Origin: a virus | Taxonomy: Duplodnaviria > Caudoviricetes | Length of the DNA stretch: 64,000 bases | IMG/VR virus record: IMGVR_UViG_3300008107_000634 | Span: 1,991-65,990 of that record | Direction: 5' to 3' (one strand) | Part shown: positions 8,187-15,689 of the stretch, piece by piece | Layout of the letters: each line of letters begins with the position of its first letter | Position numbering within the stretch: position 1 is the first letter of the stretch | Translations under genes and position numbers: made by a program | Notes under the pieces: generated by a model | Told to the model about the DNA's origin: nothing | Database searches by the model: none | Seen by the model: the letters and a program-made list of their open reading frames with translations, nothing else

Positions 8187-8333
8187 GGGGGCCTCACGTT
8201 TGCAACCGTGAGGCCTAACCGACGTTCCCCTAGACAGGCCTTGCACCTGCATTTCCGCCATCTGCGGCGTCCTTACTTGGACGACTAGGCACCGGCTTTC
8301 GCCGGGGTCGGCAGGGCTTTCGCCCGCCCAAAT
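8187..8333 (-). ncRNA. Structured RNA, copy A of a tandem pair (unassigned)
   Basis: GAAA-capped hairpins, closing stem CCGAC-CCCC/GGGG-AAC-GTCGG, four-way junction; promoter at about 8355-8386. Confidence 0.7.
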
Positions 8334-8457
8334 TCGTTTCTCCGTCGTTGATAGGTGTATCTTACCCGAAATCTTGCCTCATGCAACAACTATTTTTTCG
8401 TTGAGTTTCAATAGGTTAGCCGCGGGCCGGGGCCGGGCGCTAAGCCCTTGAAAGGGC

Positions 8458-8595
8458 TTAGCTTTCCTCCAAGGAGAGCAGGTGAAAGAAATAGTCGGCC
8501 TGCCTGTCCAGCTCGGCCTCCTCGGCCTCCTGAGAGTCCAGCCACTCCTCGTAACCCTGCCAGAGGGTGGGATCGTTGACGGCTTCCTCGAACAT
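8458..8595 (-). CDS. small acidic protein (45 aa)
   Basis: Manual translation MFEEAVNDPTLWQGYEEWLDSQEAEEAELD...; AAGGAGG RBS; stop lies in the 8408 repeat arm. Confidence 0.6.
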   Translation of the reverse strand: MFEEAVNDPTLWQGYEEWLDSQEAEEAELDRQADYFFHLLSLEES

Positions 8596-8861
8596 CGCGA
8601 CCTCCTTGGTGAGAATGGGAACTTAGCAGAATACGCTAGAGAGTCAACCACTTTTCTACCTAGTCGTCGAATTACTACCAGTCGTTGAATTACTACCGCA
8701 GGTAGCATACCCCTCAACTGACCTCTTCGCCCGCCTCCCAGGAACCAAGGGTATCAGGGATCGCCTAAATGGCAACCTCAGAAATTATCGTGAGATATCA
8801 ATGGGTTAGCCGGGGGCCGGGGCCCTGTGCTAAGCCTTTGAAAAGGCTTAGCTTTTTAGGG

Positions 8862-9062
8862 TCAGTCTGACCAACCCCCGAGGCTATCGCGACCCCCCTC
8901 GTCGCAGTCGGTGAGGTAGGCGTGCAGGTTGTCCCACGCCTCGACCGCTGCCTCCACGTCGGTCAGCTCGGCCATCACCTCGGCGGAGGGAGCCTCGCCG
9001 AAGGCGCGCGTGTGGAACGCGACGAAGCGCGCGACGTGGTATTCAAGATCAAGATCAACCAT
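8862..9062 (-). CDS. small acidic hypothetical protein
   Basis: AGGAG RBS; occupies one cassette. Confidence 0.65.
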   Translation of the reverse strand: MVDLDLEYHVARFVAFHTRAFGEAPSAEVMAELTDVEAAVEAWDNLHAYLTDCDEGGRDSLGGWSD

Positions 9063-9258
9063 CAGTCATCTCCTATGTGGGTATTCAAAACTAGCAGAGC
9101 CAACACGCAAGTCAACCTTTATTTTTGCGTGCGATATCAACGGGTTAGCCGGGGGCCGGGGCCCGCCGCCAAGTGCTTGATATCTAACGATAATTTTTTC
9201 TCTTGCAAAGTCTAGGAAGGCAGTCTAGTCTAGCGATAGTCAATCAAGGGAGTCCTCC

Positions 9259-9456
9259 ATGAACCTCGAAGCCCACAACCTCACCCTCAACCCCGTCCCC
9301 GTCCACTCCGCGCGCGGGTGCTGGTCGTGGCACTTCACCTGCGGCAGCCGTCTAGCCTTCGTCCTCGACGTCCCCGCCCGCACCATGGAGCAGAGTCGGA
9401 GGGTGGCCATCCTCCGTGCCATCAGCATTGCGGAGGACGAGAACCTACGCAACTAA
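9259..9456 (+). CDS. hypothetical protein (plus-strand cassette)
   Basis: GGGAG RBS; promoter TTGCAA-17-TAGTCT at about 9204-9232. Confidence 0.55.
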   Translation: MNLEAHNLTLNPVPVHSARGCWSWHFTCGSRLAFVLDVPARTMEQSRRVAILRAISIAEDENLRN

Positions 9457-9534
9457 ATTTGCGTGCGATATCAATAGGTTAGCCGGGGGCCGGGGCCCGG
9501 TGCTAAGCCTTTGAAAAGGCTTAGCTTTTTAGGG

Positions 9535-9753
9535 TCAGCGGAGGAATTTTGTGACCGGGTGCGACTTGTTCTCCCCCGTGTTCGCGTTCAGGACAACCTG
9601 TCGCGTGCGAACCCACTCCAGCTCGCTCGCGTATTTTCCGTAGATCGGGTGCGTGAAAACCTTCTCGAGCACCTTCTCGACAGGCTCCGGAGTCAGCGAC
9701 GTATAGATCATCCCGCGACCCAGATTGACTTCGTGAAGATTCGCAACAACCAT
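9535..9753 (-). CDS. hypothetical protein
   Basis: 72 aa, GGGAG RBS, one cassette. Confidence 0.6.
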   Translation of the reverse strand: MVVANLHEVNLGRGMIYTSLTPEPVEKVLEKVFTHPIYGKYASELEWVRTRQVVLNANTGENKSHPVTKFLR

Positions 9754-9896
9754 TTTTCGTCTCCCTTGTTGATGGCGGCACTATATAGAAACTTGCGATC
9801 CCTGCAAGCATTATTTTTTGTGTGCGATATCAAAGGGTTAGCCGGGGGCCGGGGCCCGCCCCTAACCCTTTGAAAGGGCTAGGGATTTTGTGGGCC

Positions 9897-10140
9897 TTAC
9901 TTCCCGAAGTGCTCGACCAAGCGCTGCAGCAGATCCGAGGACTCCCAGTCCGAAGGGCCGTTGGCCATCGGGCCGGGATTGAAGGGCGACGTGCTGAGCA
10001 CGCTGTACAGGTTGGAACGCTGCCCCGAGTGGTATTCGCTCGCAAACCAATAGATGGTTTCCTCACGAGTCCACTGGTCGACGTCGGGGACCATTTCGTC
10101 GATGACGTTGTCGAGAGTTTCGCGATTCGGATCTTGCATG
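9897..10140 (-). CDS. hypothetical protein (MQDPNRETLD...)
   Basis: GGGAG RBS before the inferred start; one cassette. Confidence 0.55.
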
Positions 10141-10304
10141 GGTATCTCCCTGTTGATGGACTCACTATACAGCAGTTTCGCGTTAGCGCAAGCATTATTT
10201 TTTGCGTTGAGTTTCAAGGGGTTAGCCGGGGGCCGGGGCCCGCCCCTAACCCTTTGAATTGTCTCGGTTTTTTCGGCGGTAGAGCTTCTTCATTTTGGAC
10301 CCTT

Positions 10305-10514
10305 TCACGCTGGGAGGAGGCCATAGGCGCGAGCGGCATAGGCAGCGACCCAACGCTCACGCTCGGAGAGGTCACGGAACCTGCGAGGACCGAAAGGCTG
10401 CCCCACTTCGAGGAGACGCTCGCCCACGCGCGAGAGTTCATTGGCCCACGCAAGGTCTTCGCAGTTTTGCTCTGCATCATTGAGCATCAGGCGGGCGAGG
10501 TGCTTGAGGTCCAT
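10305..10514 (-). CDS. hypothetical protein (MDLKHLARLML...)
   Basis: GAGGAG RBS; promoter shared with the 12.5-13.5 kb cassettes. Confidence 0.6.
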   Translation of the reverse strand: MDLKHLARLMLNDAEQNCEDLAWANELSRVGERLLEVGQPFGPRRFRDLSERERWVAAYAARAYGLLPA

Positions 10515-10714
10515 GTCTGTTCTCCTCAGTTGATACATATAATATAGGGCATCGCACCCCAGTGGTCAACAGGATTCTTTCGTCTAGATGCAAAAAAGAT
10601 GTGTTTAAGATCAATGGGTTAGCCGCGGGCCGGGGCTCCGCCCTAACCTATTGAATTAGCACTGATTTTCTACCTCATAGAATTACTACCACAGGTAGTA
10701 GTTTTACTACCACC

Positions 10715-10867
10715 TCACCTATCATAGGCGCGATCGAGTCGATCTTCCTCGAGCCGGTTGGCAGCGCGCCAGCCCCGCTGCCAGCTAGCAGCGTCCTCTT
10801 CCGTCATGTTCTCGGGGCGAAGCTTGCCGCTATAGTAGGCTTCATATCCGGCATTGTAGTAGTCCAT
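10715..10867 (-). CDS. Rmf/CrpP-like small protein (50 aa)
   Basis: Manual translation MDYYNAGYEAYYSG...AASWQRGWRAA; pattern Y-x-x-G-Y-x-A...W-x-x-G-W. Confidence 0.5.
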   Translation of the reverse strand: MDYYNAGYEAYYSGKLRPENMTEEDAASWQRGWRAANRLEEDRLDRAYDR

Positions 10868-11238
10868 GCGTCGACTCCTGTTTTGAACGTCCCCTTATAT
10901 AGGGCCGAGTCTCGTTTTATGCAAGATCTTTCTTATGCAAGAAGCGCATGGCCCTATGCATCCTAGCTCTCAAAAAAAGCGTTATAGATCAATGGGTTAG
11001 CCGCGGGCCGGGGCCCGTCGCTAAGTAGTTGATTCTAAACGATAATTTTCGCGTCTCGCGCCCGATCCGCTTGCAAGAACCGTGCCAAGTCGCGACTCGG
11101 CCGAATCGGCGGGGCTAGACCCTAGCATGACCGCCGACTCTGCAGAAAAAAACGCATCGCGCGAAAATAATTCCGTTGTATCTTTAGAGGCGACGCCCTA
11201 TATATCTCCCATCGCAACGGACAACAACGGAGTCTCCC

Positions 11239-11490
11239 ATGTCCTTCGACCCCGCCGCCACCCTCGCCATCCTCGCCGCCGGTCCCGCGCTCGTGACGTT
11301 CACGAAGAAGGACGGCACGGACCGGACGATGCGCTGCACGCGCTCGCCGGACCTGCTCCCGCCCGGCGCGGGCAAGGGGACGGACACGCGGAAGGATCAG
11401 GGCAACCTGATCGCCGTCTTCGACCTCGACGCTCAGGCGTGGAAGGGTTTCTTCTTCGACAGGATGGTGGCGATCCAGCCGATCGCCTAA
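11239..11490 (+). CDS. WYL_2-like (Sm-like beta-barrel) phage protein, copy 1
   Basis: VTFTKKDGTDRTMRCT...VFDLDAQAWKGF pattern. Confidence 0.7.
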   Translation: MSFDPAATLAILAAGPALVTFTKKDGTDRTMRCTRSPDLLPPGAGKGTDTRKDQGNLIAVFDLDAQAWKGFFFDRMVAIQPIA

Positions 11491-11818
11491 CCTGTCAAGG
11501 GAAAAATGCGCCACTATGGCGCATTTTTTTTGTCTAAAGCGTTGGCACAGTTCTTGCAAGGCCGGCTGTGGTTAGGGGCAGAAAAAAGCCAACGATATCA
11601 ATGGGTTAGCCACGGGCCCGGCCCCGCCGCTAAGTATTTGATTCTAAACGATAATTTTCGCGTCTCGCGCCCGATCCGCTTGCAAGAACCGTGCCAAGTC
11701 GCGACTCGGCCGAATCGGCGGGGCTAGACCCTAGCATGACCGCCGACTCTGATTTTTGTTGAACGGAATCGGGCGCATCCCTATCTTATGCATAGTCAAC
11801 AACGCAACGGAGTCGAAC

Positions 11819-12004
11819 ATGGATAGCCTGAACCTCATTTCTCAGATCACCTACGACGAGATCAGGAACGATCCCGCGCTCTGCGGTCGAGTCATGGCCT
11901 ATCTGTCCATAGCGGTGCATGGACTCCCGGAGGATGGATTCACGCACAAGTGGCTCGCAGCCGAGTTTGCAAAGGAAGTCGCGAAGATCAAGGAGTCGCG
12001 CTGA
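11819..12004 (+). CDS. small helical hypothetical protein (paralogue family with 16463 and 16688)
   Basis: CAACGGAGTCGAAC-ATG leader; promoter TTGAAC-17-TATCTT at 11759-11787. Confidence 0.65.
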   Translation: MDSLNLISQITYDEIRNDPALCGRVMAYLSIAVHGLPEDGFTHKWLAAEFAKEVAKIKESR

Positions 12005-12090
12005 TGGATTATCTTATTCTCGGCCTCTTCGCGATCATCGGGCCTTATCTGGCCGTCTGGCTTTCGGTCTGGCTAGGCCCACGCGACTAG
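12004..12090 (+). CDS. 28-aa hydrophobic peptide
   Basis: TGATG coupling; MDYLILGLFAIIGPYLAVWLSVWLGPRD. Confidence 0.4.
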   Translation: MDYLILGLFAIIGPYLAVWLSVWLGPRD

Positions 12091-12265
12091 CCGATTCGCA
12101 AAGGCGAGGCAAGAAAAAAATCTTCGTGCCATGCGATTTTTTTCTTGCCTCTAGCAGGCGACTCGCTTAGTCTGCTAGTGTGGGAATCCGACCTAACGTG
12201 TCCAGCGGGTTGGCACGATTCTTGCAAGCCACGCAGGCCCTAGACGGATAAAAAAGCCAACGATA
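12088..12265 (+). repeat. ~180-bp non-coding block duplicated at about 15686-15865 (hairpin, sigma70 promoter, sigma54 box)
   Basis: Near-identical sequence in both places. Confidence 0.85.
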
Positions 12266-12326
12266 TCAATGGGTTAGCCCCGGGCCGGGGCCCCGCCCTA
12301 AGCCCTTGAAAAGGCTTAGGAAATTG

Positions 12327-12527
12327 TCAAGGGTCTATTTTGCCAAAATCCTTCACCCGAACCACAAGAGTGGAAGCAGCTATCATAAAACCCTCCTTGA
12401 AATGAGCGAACACGCTTCCATCTGGGTGACCAGACAGTATCACCCCCTGCTTGTCGCACATATCGCGCAGCTTCTCAACGAAGTCGCGACGGGACTTGGG
12501 GGTAGACTTCTTAGTGGTCTTGGCCAT
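12327..12527 (-). CDS. hypothetical protein (KKSTPKSR family), paralogue of 13307
   Basis: Shared N-terminus TKKSTPKSR..FV.KLR..C.K. Confidence 0.7.
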   Translation of the reverse strand: MAKTTKKSTPKSRRDFVEKLRDMCDKQGVILSGHPDGSVFAHFKEGFMIAASTLVVRVKDFGKIDP

Positions 12528-12675
12528 CTCTGTCTCCTCGGTTGATATCTACACCATAGGGCATCGCCTCCCAGAGGTCAACCTAATTCTTTATGTTTAA
12601 AATCAATGGGTTAGCCACGGGCCGGGGCCCAGCCCTAAGCCCTTGAAAAGGCTTAGGATTTTCTGGGGGCCTAGT

Positions 12676-12855
12676 TCAGTCCTTCAGGATGTCCTGAAGA
12701 ATCCACAGGTCCGACCGGACGTCGGACATGCTGGTGTAGTGGTCCTGGACACCATTAAGCATCGCGTCGGCGAGGTTGCGCGCCTGCGCCAGCTTGTCGC
12801 GAAGGCTGGCGATCTCCGCAATGAGGTCGGCGGTCTGGGTGGTGGCGTCGGTCAT
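12676..12855 (-). CDS. small coiled-coil protein (59 aa, MTDATTQTADL...)
   Basis: Manual translation; GGGAG RBS; not in the ORF track. Confidence 0.55.
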   Translation of the reverse strand: MTDATTQTADLIAEIASLRDKLAQARNLADAMLNGVQDHYTSMSDVRSDLWILQDILKD

Positions 12856-13017
12856 CTAGAACTCCCTTGTTAATGTTTACAATATAGGGTATCGCACCCT
12901 AGCGGTCAACCTAATTCTTTAGCCCGGTGCAAAAAAGATGTGTTTAAAATCAATGGGTTAGCCACGGGCCGGGGCCCAGCCCTAAGCCCTTGAAAAGGCT
13001 TAGGGTTTTCTGGGGGC

Positions 13018-13275
13018 CTACATTCCAGTAGCGTCGGAGAACCATTTCCAGTCCTTTTCCGACTTCTGCTCCAGACGCTCGACCTCGCGTTCCAGCATCT
13101 GGACGCGGGCGCGAAGGCGGTTGATTTCGGCCACCAGAGGGCTCACATCCTCGACCTTTACATAATCGCCCTCTTCGAGCGGCACCAAATAATCATCATA
13201 ATCTCCGGCGAAATCCCACCGCTGGGGCATCTGGACGGTGGTGGCTTCGGTCATCGCTGTCTCCTTGGTGATCAT
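13018..13275 (-). CDS. hypothetical protein with C-terminal coiled coil
   Basis: 85 aa; a later start at MTEATT with AAGGAG RBS is possible. Confidence 0.6.
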   Translation of the reverse strand: MITKETAMTEATTVQMPQRWDFAGDYDDYLVPLEEGDYVKVEDVSPLVAEINRLRARVQMLEREVERLEQKSEKDWKWFSDATGM

Positions 13276-13306
13276 GGGGTCAGTATAGGCGGCTTCCGGG
13301 ACAAAG

Positions 13307-13495
13307 TCAAGTGCCTATCTCAGGCCACAAGCGGACAAACTGTACCGCGTCCTCCCCTCCATCCAGGAAATGGGCAATCGCGTTCCCATCCTGGTCGCCA
13401 AACAGGAGCACGTTATGCTTGGCGCACAGGGCGCGAAGCTTGGCGACGAAGGCCGCGCGGGACTTGGGGGTCGATTTCTTGGTGGCGTCGGTCAT
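13307..13495 (-). CDS. hypothetical protein (KKSTPKSR family)
   Basis: GAGGAG RBS before MTDATKK. Confidence 0.65.
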   Translation of the reverse strand: MTDATKKSTPKSRAAFVAKLRALCAKHNVLLFGDQDGNAIAHFLDGGEDAVQFVRLWPEIGT

Positions 13496-13644
13496 CGCTG
13501 TCTCCTCTGTTGATGTCTGCACCATAGGGTATCGCGCCCTAGCGGTCAACCTAATTTTTTGGCCCTACGCAAAAAAGATGCGTTTAAAATCAATGGGTTA
13601 GCCACGGGCCGGGGCCGGGCTCTAACCTATTGAATTAGCACTAA

Positions 13645-13730
13645 TTTTCTACCAGTCATCATATTACTACCATTCGTTGAATTACTACCACTGGTAGTAG
13701 TTTTACTACCAGTCGTTGAATTACTACCAT
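13645..13730. repeat. TTACTACC(AGTCGTTGAA) repeat cluster; related clusters at 5130-5166, 8652-8706, 10666-10712
   Basis: Direct repeats with an ~18-bp unit plus a CTACC-N3-GGTAG palindrome. Confidence 0.75.
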
Positions 13731-13854
13731 TTAGCCTAATTTAGGCCTAAAAACACCCCCGTAAGTGCTTGATTCTAAAGGCTTTTTTTGGCCTTCCGAT
13801 ACCGATTCTGCCCCTTTTGCTGGTCGTTTCGCCCAGCCGGGCGTTGCCCGGAAG

Positions 13855-13995
13855 CCACACCTGTGGCAAAAGAGCAACTGTGGCAAATTTGCCACACCGT
13901 GATTTTCATGCAACTGTGGCTGGTTTGTCACGCTGTGGCCTTTCTGCAACTGTGGCCAAGATGTCACAGCGTGGCCGCCTTGCCACGCTGTGACA
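13855..13995. repeat. cluster of TGTGGC/GCCACA/GTCAC(A/G) direct and inverted repeats
   Basis: About ten occurrences in 140 bp of non-coding DNA. Confidence 0.7.
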
Positions 13996-14003
13996 TTTTT
14001 GCA

Positions 14004-14378
14004 TCACCCCTCGAGTCTGGCAAGTTGCCATTGCATTGCGGCAATCTTGCGGCGCACCGAGTCGGCATCGCCCGACTCGCCGATCGCCGTGTTACATTCA
14101 AAGCAAAGCACCGCAAGGTTTCCCGTCACATACCCTAGCTCAGGGCGAATCTTGTGGAGGCTAGGCGAAAGGGTATGCGACTCCTTGTCGCCAAAGGCGA
14201 GGAAGCGGTCGCAATGCTCGCAAACCATGGACCGGCCCTTGCGGCGCAGGACGGAGTCAATGGCGTGCGCTAGCGACTCCGAGTCCAGACAAGGAATCGC
14301 CTTGCCCTTGTCGCGCGCGACTCGCACGCGCGACAGGGTATTGTTTCGGATATTGCGAGCATCGCGGGAGGCTTTCAT
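14004..14378 (-). CDS. HNH-like endonuclease
   Basis: CEHC...PSLHKI...GYVTGNLAVLCFECN; TAATG coupling to the upstream ORF gives the start at 14378. Confidence 0.6.
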   Translation of the reverse strand: MKASRDARNIRNNTLSRVRVARDKGKAIPCLDSESLAHAIDSVLRRKGRSMVCEHCDRFLAFGDKESHTLSPSLHKIRPELGYVTGNLAVLCFECNTAIGESGDADSVRRKIAAMQWQLARLEG

Positions 14379-14572
14379 TAGCGGGACTCCGTGGCGAGGG
14401 TAAGGGCGCGGCGAGCGGCCGCATCGCGGCTCTTCCGCATAGTGCGCTCCGCGACGTCGATATCGCAGAACCATGCACCGTTGCGCATGAAACGCCATGT
14501 CCAAGAGCCGCGCGCGACGTAGACGGGCGACTCCTGCATGGTGATTCCGAGGCTGGCGAGGGTAGACGACAT
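14378..14572 (-). CDS. hypothetical protein (MSSTLASLG...)
   Basis: CAACGGAG leader; promoter TTGATT-17-TATCTT. Confidence 0.55.
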   Translation of the reverse strand: MSSTLASLGITMQESPVYVARGSWTWRFMRNGAWFCDIDVAERTMRKSRDAAARRALTLATESR

Positions 14573-15082
14573 GAGCGACTCCGTTGCGTTGTGGACTATG
14601 CATAAGATAGGGAGTCGCCATCCTAGAATCAACGGACTCGAGCTATCTATTTTTGCATGGCTGCCATGCGTATTTTGCAATGGACTCTTGCGGGCCTATC
14701 AGGCAATGTGCTAGTGTGGAGATCCGACTCGGCGCGTCCGGCGGGTTGGCACGATTCTTGCAAGGCTGCGGGGTTGGCACGATTCTTGCAAGCCGCGCAG
14801 GCCATAGATGGATAAATTGTCGTTTAGAATCAATGGGTTAGACGTGGGGCCGGCCCCGCCGCTAAGTATTTGATTCTAAACGATAATTTCCGCATTTCGC
14901 GCCAGAATCGCTTGCAAGAACCGTGCCAAGTCGCGACTCGGCCGAATCGGTGGGGCGCTACCCTAGCATGGCCGCCGACTTTGCGTCAACAGAAAAAAAC
15001 GCATCGCGCGAAAATTTTTTCGTTGAACGGAATCGGGCGCATCCCTATCTTATGCATAGTCCACAACGCAACGGAGTCGACC

Positions 15083-15307
15083 ATGAAATACATCGCCGAG
15101 TGCCGCTTCCCCGCCCACCCGAATTCCAGTCTCGCGCGTGACGGTTTCACGTCGTGGGGCGAGCGGTGGACGATCACCGCCGACTCCGTCGAGTCGGCTC
15201 GCGCCAAGGTTCTCGCGCGCTTCGCGGATCCGATGCGTCCTTCCTATCGCGAAGGCTGGGTCGAGTCGCTGGAAACCTCCGAATCGTGGGACGCCCGTCG
15301 CCGCTGA
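15083..15307 (+). CDS. hypothetical protein (MKYIAECRF...)
   Basis: CAACGGAG leader; same promoter as 11819. Confidence 0.6.
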   Translation: MKYIAECRFPAHPNSSLARDGFTSWGERWTITADSVESARAKVLARFADPMRPSYREGWVESLETSESWDARRR

Positions 15308-15357
15308 CGGGCTGGCGCGAATCGCCTAGCATCACAACGCAAACAACGGAGTCGCCC

Positions 15358-15468
15358 ATGCTTCCCATCTTCAATATCTCGACTCGCCGCGTCGGCGGTA
15401 TCCGCTTCCTGAAAATCGGGCGCTTCACGTTTTCGTTTTGCGTCGCGCGTTCCTATCGCCCTCTGTAA
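15358..15468 (+). CDS. 36-aa basic peptide (GGIRFLKIGRFTFSFCV)
   Basis: CAACGCAAACAACGGAG leader. Confidence 0.5.
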   Translation: MLPIFNISTRRVGGIRFLKIGRFTFSFCVARSYRPL

Positions 15469-15479
15469 GGAGTCCCGCA

Positions 15480-15689
15480 ATGAATCATCCCATCTTGGAT
15501 GCCGTCTATCTGACTCGCCGCTTCGCCGAGTCCTTCAATAACGGCCAGCCTTTCCCGCAAGCCGCCGCTATCGGCGCGCTGCGTGCGCTTGTGGAAAGCC
15601 TGATCCTAGAGGTTGACTCGGAGACTCGCGAGGCTGTCATGGCAAGCATGAATCGTGAAATCGAGCGCAACCAGAATCGGCGCGCCTAG
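15480..15689 (+). CDS. hypothetical protein (MNHPILDAV...)
   Basis: AAGGAG RBS. Confidence 0.55.
   Translation: MNHPILDAVYLTRRFAESFNNGQPFPQAAAIGALRALVESLILEVDSETREAVMASMNREIERNQNRRA

Noticed and set aside
8004-8333. Hammerhead or theta ribozyme assignment for the tandem RNA
   Set aside because: No CUGANGA/GAAA core and no HDV nested double-pseudoknot order; it lies 5', not 3', of the tRNA.
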